From: Massalongia carnosa
Lineage: Eukaryota
Direction: 5' to 3'
Assembly: GCA_965645245.1 (NCBI GenBank)
Contig: OZ287076.1
Coordinates: 682,001 to 746,000 of the forward strand
DNA: 64,000 nt
Positions within the stretch are counted from its first letter, which is position 1. Each line of letters starts with the position of its first letter. A program made the position numbers and the translations under genes. Below the pieces are notes generated by a model that saw only the letters and a program-made list of their open reading frames with translations, made no database searches and was not told the DNA's origin. Below are positions 50,434 through 61,766 of the stretch, in pieces.

Positions 50434-52209
50434 TCACAGCGGGTGTCTGGGCCTATTTTCCTTTGTTCGTTGCCCACATCACGTGGGAAATATTCTTCCA
50501 ACTTCTATCTACCATCCTCATTCCCCCCCCCCCCTGGTTCAATACCATATCATTCAGAGAACACGAAAACAGGGAAAAAGCAAGTAGTGCCGCCAACTCA
50601 ACAGTTTTGTTTCTACGCTGCCTCTCCCCTCCAACCACTCCCCAAACTCCAACCCCCCCCTTTCAAACTCCCCTACCGCCATCAAAAACGCCTTCCCCAT
50701 CCTTAGAAACACAGCCATGAGCACTCGCATATCGCACACAGAGCCCTTTCCCGCGACTCATCGTTATGTACAGCCAAAGAGCACGGAAGAAGAAGAGAAA
50801 GAGGAAGGGAAAGTAGAACCCCATGCCGCAAACCCCAAATGCTCACTAAACCCCCCCCCCTTCCCTCCTGACCACCTCACCCCCAAGATCTTCTCCCCCC
50901 ATCCATGAACAACAACCAGCCTGCTGCTTTGCCAAAACCATTGAAAAAGGAACATTGGGGGAAACGGAGGAGGGGGGGAGGGAGGCCCAGGGTCTCTCCC
51001 CATCTCCGTCTTTTGGACAATACCGGATGTGGTAGATGGGATATTACTTTAGAGTTTTTCGAGGGGAGTGTATAGGGTATGTATATATGTAATGAAGACG
51101 CTGAGAAGCGGGATATGAACCAAAAAAAAAAAAAGGGGGGGGGGGGTGGTAGGGCCAGGAAGGAACGAACGAAGGAAGACGGGATGTGAGATGGATGGAT
51201 AGGGAAATATGGATGTGCGCGCGCGAAGGAGTGCTGATAGGCGGAGGGAGAGATGGGACTGTTGGATGGGTAGATTGATAGAAATGATAGATGGCTGTAC
51301 AGGGATATTTAAGCAGGTAGATCAGTGGGTGGGTAAGTAGGTAGGCAGGCAGAAAGATTTACAATTCCATATGTTTTGACTTTTCTGTGAAAGACAAAGA
51401 AAGGGTGAAAGAAAGAAGGAGGGAAAGGGCGTTTGGGAAAAGGGGAAAAAGAAATCCTTAACTCCCCTTACCCCTCCCCGCCCCCCCCCACCCCCTTTAC
51501 CCTTCCTCCTCATCCACGCCCACTCATCCCCCCCCCCCCTTCCCCCCCCCTTCCTTAGCCCCCACCTCTCTCTCTCTCTCTCCCGCCCGTCGATCAATCA
51601 CTCAATCAATCGTTTCGTTCTTTTCATCTCTCCTTTCCTTTCTCTCAATCTCCTCTCCTTACTTTACCTTCCGTGACTCTTCTTTTTTTCTACTTTGGGG
51701 GTTGGAGGGTGCGGAGGTGAGGAGGTAAGCAGTAGGGAGGTATGTATATATGGGAAGGAAGATAGGGAGAGTAAGGAGGTCCATTGCTAAGAAGAAAACG
51801 ATATAACCAAAGAGCATCACTAGTATTTATTGAATAAATATAGGGATTGTCGGCTCGACTAGTTCTCTCAATTGGTTACATCCAGTTCGCACGAAATACG
51901 TGATTACATCTTTCAGATGCCTCTTCAATCATGTACAAACGGAAAACATCCCCAAAAGAATAATTCCAAATATATCAGCTCGACGCTTAAAATTAACCAA
52001 TCCCCACTTTTAACCTCGTGGTACCATCAGAGTACTTCAAAACAGCTCGTACCACGCTCATCGGTGTTGGGAATCGAGGATGCGGAGACAGGGATATATC
52101 ATAAATGCTTTGCTCAAACAGCCCATCTTGATGGACACATGATGCACATGGCCATGCTTTCATCCTCAAGAAACGCGTCGACCTCCCCGGTATGCAAACC
52201 CGGGCCGAC

Positions 52210-53824
52210 CTATTCCTCCATTCTCCCAAAAACACCATCGTCATCTTCATCGCTTCTGCCATAAGAGAAGGAACGTTCGTCATAGTCTTCATCATCATCC
52301 ATTGTGGGCAGATCGCGCGGGCTCGTTTTCGTGCCTCGTTCATCCGAGAGTCGCTGGTACGAAGGAAGTGGCGTGCCATACTCTGGCTGATTCTTGGACG
52401 CAACCATAGTAGCGGATAACCTGTTCGCATTCTGTCCTGCGAAGCGAGCGGGCAGCGGAGGGACGGGTGGGACATCTGCCGGGAGATGAACGGGACCAGA
52501 TCTTGGGGTGCCGAAGCTGCACAGGGATTCAACAGCAGCAACTAACATGGCTTCATCTTCATCCGCGGCGGTTCGGGTAGCCGCCGTCAGTCCCGACGTC
52601 GAGGGTCGACGTGGCAGGCCAGGTTGGTAATAGTTCCCACACGAGGTCTCCATAGACGGAAGTGGGCCGCCAGGCAAAGACCATGACGGTGCGGATTGAT
52701 AGGACCTGGAGAAGGCGAAGTTGCTGCTGCTTGGTCGTTTGGATCTCCGGGCGCTCGCTCCGTCGGTGGGGTAGGCTTGTTCACCTATAGGAGGAGGGGT
52801 CGTCTCAGCGGAGCTGAAGCCCTCATCCCTGGTGTCCGAAGTACCAGAAGCAGCTGGGGACGCAGACGAATTGTCGCTGTCATTGATCTTGGATGAGTCG
52901 GGAGGAGTAGCATCTTGGTTCATTCCCACCAGCACCGAGGCCGCCTCGAGCAATTGCACTTGCTGATGTTTTGAAATCAACAGCTTTGAGGTGTATGTCC
53001 ATTCTGGTGTGTGCTCCCACCTATAGAAATGTCAACGAGGTTTTTCGTAGGATCCTGCGAGTAGAAGAGCCTCAATGGAGCGATGGTACAAAAGGATCTT
53101 TGGACGAAGGGAGAGGACGAGACCATGGCGGAAATTAGTGTGTATTTGGCCAGGTATACTAACAGATGCTTGGTCAAACAGCTGCTGTGTTTGTATCCTT
53201 TGCCGCATTGTTCACATCTCAATTCACCACTTGATCTTTTGCCTTCACTCCTCGAAAGATGAGCGCCCTCGCTTGCACGTCGAGCTCGAGATTTCGACAT
53301 CCGTTCCTCACTTTCCCCCGTGGCAAGCCCGTCAATGACAGCAGACCCATCCATCCCATAGGTGCTGGCAACCATCGGGCCATCATCATGGTCACCTACG
53401 GTGTCGTTCGGGTATGGATCGGCCGAGGGACCAGTGTCTTTCCCGAGGGCGATCGATTCGACTCCTCGAATGCCTCCGGATTTCAACGTGAAGCTCCGAC
53501 GGCTAGATTGTAGCACATCTCCTGGCAAAGGCTCTTCGGCTCCGCTGATGGCAGCTGCTATGGCCGCTACGTTATTCACGGCGGTTGAAGTCATGCTTTT
53601 CCGGCGAGTTACGCGGTTGGAGGGATTGACCGCGCCCAACGATATCGAATGAGAGTGGTGCCGTGAGGTGGTATGACGAATGGGTAAGTTGTGAGAAGGC
53701 GTTGAAGACATTGAGAGGCGGTGTTGGCTTGGAGGGCGAGCTGCTTGGTGTTCCTGTGAATACGAGATCAGCGTCATGGGAATTTGCCGTTTCGGGAGCG
53801 GTCCCATACCTTGAAGCTTGCCAT
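52210..53824 (-). CDS. Single C2H2 zinc-finger protein (conserved fungal family), 3 exons
   Basis: CEQCGKGYKHSSCLTKHL/WEHTPEW..SKLLISKHQQVQLLEAASVL; intron 53021-53163; probable short first exon MASFK with intron 53754-53809 (alternative start 53711). Confidence 0.85.
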
Positions 53825-55914
53825 TGAGAAACCGTCTGGCTCCCTTGATCCTTGGGCTCTAATAAGCCAGACCTAGAGAGCCGGGAGGGATGTACGATGG
53901 CGTTTGAAAGCGAGTATTGATAATTTCCACAAAGCAGAGATTGTTTGTTCCAGACGAAGGAAGCCACCACACAAGCAGAGTTGCCTGCGTATAAAGAATT
54001 TCTAACGATAAGGTGTTGATGAAGCGGTCCTCTGACAGGTCTAGTGAAACGGATTGTCCAAAAGAAACACCGAAAAAGCACCTTGACGAAGCTTGGTGTT
54101 TAGAAGCCCTGCCTTGGGCGGAAGGGGGGGCGGTGTTATAGGGCGCAGGTTGAAACGAAGCAGGTCCCGTACCTGCAGTGGTGGCTAGCGAGAGACAGCG
54201 ATACAGCAGGGCAATCGAGTGTTATGAGCAACAGATCCTAAATGATCACACATCACATGAACAGACAGGTCAAGCACCATCCACGATGAGGGTACACTGG
54301 AGCAGAGGTGCGGACGGAAAAAAGAAAAGAAAAGAAAAGAAAATTGGGGATGGGCACAGATCTGGGGTGTTCCTGTGTTCTGCAGTGCTTGCATTTGCGG
54401 GGGGGGACACGGAAGGGGGGGGGTGGGCAAGTAGTATTGGGGAATAGATAATTATAACTATAATTATAATTTTTTAGAGAGCTATAAAGTACATATGTAC
54501 TCCGTACAGAGAGTATTATTATACCCCATATACTATACCGACACTCGGAGTAAAGTACTGTACTCTGCATCTAAATGTGGGACGAGGGGGGGCAAAGGTA
54601 ACTTAGGCTTTTTAGCGTGACCCGCATTTTTGTTGATCATCAGGCCCATTTGGATCACTCCCCAGCCCACGGCAGCCCACCCATCCAGAAAATCCCTAGA
54701 CACAATTGCAATCACGAGTGGCTTATAGGTGTAGCGTAAGACATTGTTGGTTTCCATGATGCTTTCAATGTGTTGCCTTCACCTTGTTCGGAATCGGATT
54801 ACGTTTACATTCCGCTAATATTGAGACATGTCAATGGGAGTACGGAGTAGAGGATGATGAACAGGATTTTCCAGAGTACGTTGAAGTATATAAAGATGGT
54901 TAATTACAGAGTACTCAGTACCTGGATTTGTTTGGTACATACCGAATACCTTGTATGGAGTACAGAGTACAGTGTACATACATACGTCGAGCTCCGTCCC
55001 TAACCAACTCTGTTAGCGAGAAGCGATACTTGGTAAGGTTATCAAGGGAAGATACTCGGTACCTACAGAGGTACAGAGCACAGAGTCTTTGTAGGCAGTT
55101 ATGTTACTATTAGCCGCTGACTCCTCATTATACAGTAGATAAATAACATAAATAGGCACTAACTAGTGAACTACCCTTGGATCCTCCGCGATTTACGACG
55201 TGCGAAGCCCCGATTCGCAATCTATACAACTACTTCCCCTTACCCCCGTTCGTTAATGCGAGCCATTTCCCCTCCCAAAGGTCCTCCTCCCCTCCTCCCA
55301 TAACTAGCATCATCGGGTACAGAGCGAAACTAAAATAGGGAGCCAATCAGCTTTGTGCTGTACCTGATTTCATGTCCAATGCTCTCACCCCCGATGATGT
55401 ACACTGAATGAAATCCAAGCTGAGGGGGGGAAGGGAAAAGTCTGGCCCCGAAAAGCGAGATGGTGGGCTAAGGAAAGGACCACAAATATTGCGCCTTCGC
55501 TGCAAGTAATGCGCCATCTCAAGCCACACGCTCGCTGGAACCACAGTTAGGTGGAGCTGGTGGTCGTTTTAGTAAGGTGGGAGAGCGGCAACGCCCACCT
55601 TTCAAGCACGGTTGCAACCCACTTCAAGCCATCGGTCAGTCGGCAGCCAGCCGAATCGAGGTGGTCGACAAGGAAAGGCAGCATGGAGGGAGATCTGATA
55701 TGGTGAGATCACATAGAGCCTTGCAGAATGTTACCAATGGATTCGTGGGCATCCAGTGTCGTGTGGTGAACAGGACACGTGATAATTAGCGACAGTTATG
55801 ACGGTGATAGCAGAAGGACTGCGCATAGACCATCTCGAAAGAGCTATTTACTTTGAGTGACCCAACTCTTCATTTAAAAGAATTTGACAACAATGCGATA
55901 TAATTGAACGCTTA

Positions 55915-56958
55915 AACAAATGTCTAAGAAACATAGCCGGAGCCTTCAAAGCAACGCCCATAGCTGTACTTGAAGCAGAGACATTTATAGCCTCAATTGA
56001 CATACATTTAGATCAACTACAGGCCCAGACCAGACAACGCCTGTGTCGAAATGGTCAAAAGAGTTTCATCACAAATGCATGCAACAAAATAGCCAATAAA
56101 CTTCGAGGTCGGGCAGGACGCAAGAGGGCCCCAGTCATCACTCCAGGAACGCTGAAATACGCCTGGGCCAAGAGAATCACATCGGAGGCACATAACCCTC
56201 CAACACCGACACCAAATCCACCATGGGCCGAATCCCCCCCGAATCTCGCCCGAGAAATATGGGAGGCACGCGCCGCTCATAACAAAATAACTGCTCAAAT
56301 AAAAAAAACTACACACATTTGCATGGCAGGCCTCGTGGAGATCATATCAGGAACGCACACCCGTTCCCACCCCGGCACAATCAGGTTCACTCTCCAAAAA
56401 ACGCATCAAATTGCACGAAACTCTAGCCAAAGCGGAGAGCGCGCTAGCCATTCAGATACGCTCAGAAAAGATAGGCCTAGCCGCCTTCCTACATAGACAC
56501 CGAGTCCCAGACGTCTCGTCCCCGAACTGCTCATGTGGCTGGCACAAACAGACTGCAAAACATGTGATCATGTTTTGCAAACTCAACGACAACAGAAAAA
56601 CTCTGCTAAATACGATAGGCACAAACAACTATCGATTAATCACTGAGTCATCTAAAGCAATGAAATTAGTCACAAAGTGGCTAATGAAGACAGGTTTGTT
56701 GTCACAATTTTCGCTGACAGCACAGCATCTATACTGCTAACAGTAGGCATGCTTTGTTTCATTTTTCATACTTGTCTTAGGTCAAAGGTTTTTTCATGGA
56801 GCACACGGCTGGGACCCGGAGGGTCCTCGGCCGGACACAGGATTGCATGGTTTTTCTTCCTCAAAAGGTTTTCCATGTATTATAAAACTAGATAGACTCG
56901 CCCGCATGGGCCGGCCTTCGGCCGGTACCACATCGGAATAAGAATCATCATCATCATC
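55915..56958 (+). mobile_element. 5'-truncated Tad1-like LINE (post-RT region, CCHC knuckle, 3' UTR, (CAT)n tail)
   Basis: NKCLRNIAGAFKATPIAVLEAE; QIRSEKIGL..CSCGWHKQTAKHVIMFC; one frameshift; (CAT)n tail; 15-bp TSD ATAATTGAACGCTTA (55900-55914, 56959-56973). Confidence 0.92.
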
Positions 56959-57060
56959 ATAATTGAACGCTTATCGCATAAAGACTAATGTTTTCTAAAG
57001 AATATGAAATTTGTCAACTAGCAATGTTCCTTCTGTGTTTTATAATTCTTCTATGAAGTC

Positions 57061-57286
57061 CAGGCGCGATGTCAAAATAGGTCGCAGTAAGATAAGTCAC
57101 AAACTCACTCTTCCAGAATCTATTTGGCACGTAACAGCTGGTATGATGTAATTTGAATAATATCAAATCAACTACTCAAAGCTTGATGCATCCACGAGGA
57201 TTTTTACTTGAAAATAATTATATAATAATCTAATAACATTGAGTAGATGATGTACCTGACCGCCACTTATTTTGACATCGCGCCTC
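57061..57286. mobile_element. 226-bp MITE
   Basis: 18-bp perfect IR AGGCGCGATGTCAAAATA (57062-57079, 57268-57285) extending imperfectly inward by about 20-30 bp; AT-rich non-coding interior; flanking 4-bp direct repeat AGTC. Confidence 0.75.
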
Positions 57287-57444
57287 AGTCAAGCTGAACC
57301 TGCCTGACCTGCGCGGTTCACAGGAGTACTGGTTTTACTCGTTGCTACACCCTTTCATATTCGCGCTCTTCCCTTAGCCATGTCCTAAACATGATGAAAT
57401 TTTCAGATGATGATTTTAGGCTGTATGTATCTTGTATAGAACGC

Positions 57445-58723
57445 TTATTTGGTGGCCTTTCCCTCGGTCGCTGTTATCCAAACCTTCCCCACACATGCCT
57501 CGCTCAAGAGGCGCATCGTGTCTCTTGATGTTGCAAAGAACTGTTGTGCGGTTTCGTTATTGCGAAGCTTCCAGATGGCCAGCTCAGACTTGTCCATCAT
57601 CTTGTTAACCTTGTGAGTGCTTGGACGACATAGTGGCCCAATTATCCACTGGAACGTTTCGACATACTTGAGATCCTTGGGGATTGGATGAAGCTGTGGT
57701 TCATTAAGTCGGCACGCCCATACGTACCGTTGCCAGTCTTCTTCGGAGAGCTCAGTGTTGGAGGATAAAAGATGGATCGGTACCGCAACCTGCAAGACTC
57801 CAACGGGTACAACATTTCCATCAACCGATTTTGCTGCCCATTGAGCATACTCCCAGGCCACTTGAGGCTGCTTTGTCAAATACAGTCCTCGGAAATCTGG
57901 AGAAAAGTCGCCTGGGGGCGTACTCGCGAGGGCGCCGAAGTTGAGGAGATTTCCGGAAATGTGCACGGACTGCAGCCGAGTAAGCGATCCTCCCTTGTAA
58001 AACATCTTATGGTCTTCTATTTCACTTGGCGGCTCGGGAATTTTTGTCGCGACCAAAGGCCCAGGCTTGAATATTCCCATCTGAGGAGCCTTGCTAATAC
58101 TTGAATGACGGTCTGGTACTTCTGGACCGGACGAAGCGAGCTTCCCATCAAGCTCGAGGCGACTTACTCGGCGATGGACCCCGCGAGCTGGTGTCTTTAT
58201 CACGTCGTCTAAGGTTTCAAGAAATTCATAGCGCATAGTCATCATCTCCGTCACCCATTCTTTCAGGCTTCTCGTTAGGCGAATTTCTGTGAACTCAGGA
58301 TGCATCAATCGGGATTGAAAGTTGCTAGTTAGACCCATGCGCTGCATCAAACCGATCCAGTCATCCTCTTCATCGATAGCATTTTGGCTTGCATGGTCCA
58401 CACAGCCCGTAGCGTACTCCAGAATTTCCATTCTATCAGGATACTGCGCTTTGAGTTGGGAAAAAATGAGCCCACATTTGCTCCGAAGTCAGATCATTGA
58501 ACTCCAAGAATTTCAGAGTTTCTTGGCTCTTAGGGTATTCTGGGATGAGCACCGTTGCTTGGCTATCCAGTGATGAGGCGCTCATATAGGAAGTGTTAGA
58601 AACCTTTCGGTACCCTTGCTGAAGGACTAGATCATCATTCCTACTGCGAAGGACCATTAACGATTCCTCCGAGAGGACTTTGATGCTTATATTTAATACA
58701 AGCGAGGTTTGAGAGCCTGACAT
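57445..58723 (-). pseudogene. Hypothetical protein with C-terminal DUF3990/ADP-ribosyltransferase-like domain, split by a 1-nt homopolymer frameshift
   Basis: Removing one base from the A6 run at 58461-58466 fuses ORFs 58436-58723 and 57445-58431 (WAHFSQLKAQYPDRMEIL). Motif order FYKG..DF..GLYLT...VAWEYA..W..YV..CR..WIIGP..QQFF. Confidence 0.6.
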
Positions 58724-58872
58724 TATGATAGAAAGGGATGGTATGAAGAGTCTGATGTTTGTAAGAACAGAGAAACTTGATTATTGATAATAAGTAGCGA
58801 ACAGAAGTTTGAAGCTGTGGAAACTGAAGAAGATATGAGTGCACAACTTAATAGGACAATGAAGGCTTAGAG

Positions 58873-59101
58873 GAGCTGGTGGGTGAAAGAAGCTCAGGAT
58901 TAATTAGCTGTTGAGCCAAAGCTCATACGTAACGACTAGGATGAGCGGTTGATTTAAGGCTGATTAGCGAAAGAGGACTTGGATGAGTAGTTATGTAGAA
59001 GTTGATGGGTGAAAGAAGACTTGAAGAGCAGTTAAGTGAAAGGCAACGGGAGAAAGAAGACTTCAATGAGCTGTTGAAAGGTGGATATCGAGAATAGTTG
59101 A
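58873..59101. repeat. Degenerate ~41-bp tandem repeat, about 5-6 units
   Basis: Recurrent units such as gggtgaaagaagacttgaagagcagtta, gcgaaagaggacttggatgagtagtta and gggagaaagaagacttcaatgagctgttga. Confidence 0.55.
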
Positions 59102-59342
59102 TCGATTAAGTCAAAGCTGGTGGTGGTTAAAATACAATATTTTGAAAAACCTAGCATGGCCAACTCTAAACCCATTCATTATAGTTACACCCGTTTGTGC
59201 CGAACTTTGAACCCCGAAACTGCGCGGTAAACTGCAGTAGCTAATGGCCTTCACATCACCTTTTGCAGTCTGTAGGATAAATGATATGTAGTGTTTTCAT
59301 GTAGATCTTTACTCTTGCTACCTCGTAGTTTCAAAAGCAAAC

Positions 59343-60206
59343 ATGAGACGATCATTCAGCATCATCAAATGCCAGGCTATAAAGTTCAGGCTGGAATCGG
59401 GTGAAGATGATAACACGATCATAACTGCTACTGGTGTCAGCATCAGAAAACTACGTAAGATGAGACGTAAATGGGAACGGTTCAATGAGGTTGCAAAACC
59501 TCAGCTTGCTGCTGGCCGGCACAAGAAACTGAATCAACAACAAATCGATCAACTACTCGTGTATCTGGATCAGAGACCTACCTCTTCTTTGGACGAGATG
59601 TGCTGGTTTTTGTATGATGAATTCGACGTCTTGATGAGCGAGTCTACGGTTTCTCGAACTCTGAAGCAGATGGCCTGGAATCGAAAGATGGTCATTCGTA
59701 TAGCACAACAACGCAACCAATCTTTGCGTGATGAGTGGATGATTAGACTGAGAGGATGAAGGGCTAATCAGTTGATTTTTCTGGACGAAAGCGCTGCATG
59801 CGAGCGTACTGGTCAGTACTATTTGAGGAACTTCTCTTTGCTAATTGTTATTACTTTAGATGATCGTCGATATGAATGAGCCGCATCAGGAATCAAACCG
59901 ACCATGATTCAAGCGCTCAAACGTTCTAAGAGATGGAGTATATTACAAGAACTGTTAAACTATCATCATGGGCATCCATCTAGTGTTTATCTTCGGTGAC
60001 CCTACCACGGGGGCCGAAGTGACCTCCGGGGACCGAGAATCAGTGGACCAGCTGACTCTCTATGAAAGGGGGTCGCCGGAAAGTCTTCAATGTGACTGCT
60101 ATATAATGAGTAGATAGCTCACATATAATCCACACTTCAATAAAAATCTTGCTATTATATCTACAAAGTGAAGCTATATTTTCATAGCACTGTAGGCTAT
60201 AAGTGA
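59343..60206 (+). pseudogene. Tc1/IS630-like transposase, interrupted and internally deleted
   Basis: HTH region (GRHKKL..LDEMCWFLYDEFDVLMSESTVSRTLK), LIFLDESA (first catalytic Asp), intron 59812-59859, DRRYE*A..RWSIL; stops at 59757 and 59877; similarity lost after ~59946; possible C-terminal remnant KVKLYFHSTVGYK* at 60165-60206. Confidence 0.85.
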
Positions 60207-60282
60207 AGATGTTTCACATGATGCAGGTGCATTGTTTCGACAGTCTAGTATTGAATATAATTCATAAAAATCAATTTCCTCA

Positions 60283-61172
60283 TCAGCTACTGTCTTCCGT
60301 ATCATCCTCCTCGTTCTCCTCGTCCTCCTCGTCCTCCTCTTCCTCCTGATTGTCCTCCTCCTCCTCCCTCTCCTCCTCCTCCTCCCTCCCCTCCTCCTCC
60401 TCCTCCTCGTCTAGGTCCCTCCTACTCCTCTCCCTCCTCCTCGTCATCCAAAGCCTTTTGTGTAGTCCTAGTAGTAAGCGGACGAACATTGAAGCTTGAC
60501 CAGATATTCTTTGACAGAGATTGACCGGAGGAACGTGATTCTGATGGAGGAGGAGGAACAATTATAGGTTCAGAATCGTGCTCGGATGATTGCTGCTTCA
60601 ATTGGCTAGTAAATTTGCTGACATCGCGAGCCAAATGTATGTCGATGCCAGGTTCGATTCTCATTTTCCTCATAAGCAGTATCGTTTCACTGCTGAATGG
60701 TTTGTAAATCAGAGTGAACAAAACAAGCTCGGGCTCAGGCTCAGGCTCAGGCTCAGGTTCAGGAGCACTAGATAGCTCAGAAAGACAAGGAAAAGGCGCA
60801 CTATTGCGAGTCGGACGAACATTCCTTGGCTCGGGGAGGAGACGAGGAGGAGACGAGGAGGAGGTAAAGGCGAAGCCGAAGGAGAAGCTAGAGGAGACGA
60901 TGAAGGTGAACGTGATGGACGATCAGGAATACGGGCAGGAGAGGAGGTTCTATAGTCGGGTTCAGAGTGTTTAAACCTGATGATGATGATCTAGGAGGAT
61001 TGATTCTAAGCCTTTGTTTGAATGGAGGTGTTGAGTTCCTAGGCAATTCAGTAGTAGATGCCTGTTTTCTGGGTTGTTTGAAAGGCTGTTTGGGGGGCTG
61101 TTTTGGAGGCTGTTTAGGAGGCTGTTTTGGAGGCTGTTTTGGAGGCTGTTTAGGAGGCTGTTTTCGAGGCAT
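60283..61172 (-). pseudogene. Second, convergent low-complexity gene inside the Tc1-like element (KQPP repeats, Pro/Ser-rich, PE repeat, acidic tail)
   Basis: Consecutive minus-strand ORF pieces 60888-61172, 60422-60721 and 60283-60561 link up through small frameshifts; 12-bp coding tandem repeat at about 61073-61163. Confidence 0.6.
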
Positions 61173-61766
61173 GATGACTGGAATAACTATGTTAAAAGTT
61201 CATACAAACGACAATCAAAAGGATATTATTAGTCGTACTATTCTATAGACTCCAAAAGGCGGTGTGAAGGGGAGGAGGGCCATTAGCTACTGTGCTACTG
61301 CACCAAATTCTGTGTGGTCCAATTCTGTCGCTTATTTTTTTTTTTACTGCGCAGTTTCGGGGTTCAAAGTTCGGCACACCATTTTGCAAACGGGTGTAAA
61401 TTAGAATAGCCCCGTCTCTATTCCTTTATTATCCATGTGTCTACGGAGTAATTAATTAAGAGTTCACATAATCGTTTATGTGTTTTTTTTTAAAATAAAT
61501 TTTAACCGATGTTTTTGCAGTTTTGTACTATGATTAAAGCAGCGATTACATAGAGTCCTTCGCAAATAGTCTTTATTAGATTTTCATTAAAGTAGGGGTT
61601 TTCAGAGTAGAATTTCGACTTTTATAAATAAACCATTATTTCTTATTCTATAAACCATTATTCCCGTATTTGCCATTTTGCTCGGAGTCCCCCTATCACC
61701 TTAAATTTCAAAAAGATTAATAAACTGCTTATCGCCTTATCTGATCATCATCAAAAATCAATCATC

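Larger units (their letters stand above)
59188..61396 (+). mobile_element. Tc1/mariner (IS630-like) DNA transposon, 2209 bp, decayed
   Basis: TA TSD (59186-59187, 61397-61398). TIR CACCCGTTTG[CAAAATGGTG]TGCCGAACTTTGAACCCCGAAACTGCGC(G/A)GTAAA, with 10 bp missing from the left copy. Inverted similarity continues inward to about 59279 and 61240. Confidence 0.92.

Noticed and set aside
50430..51800. Short ORFs in the RLP24 downstream spacer
   Set aside because: Homopolymer and microsatellite sequence with no coding motifs.
55893..56979. 8-bp inverted repeat (ATGCGATA/TATCGCAT) around the reconstructed LINE target site
   Set aside because: A single short stem is not enough to claim structure-specific targeting.
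61073..61163. 12-bp tandem repeat as a possible CRISPR-like array
   Set aside because: No spacers; it is a coding repeat (KQPP)n in a eukaryotic transposon.
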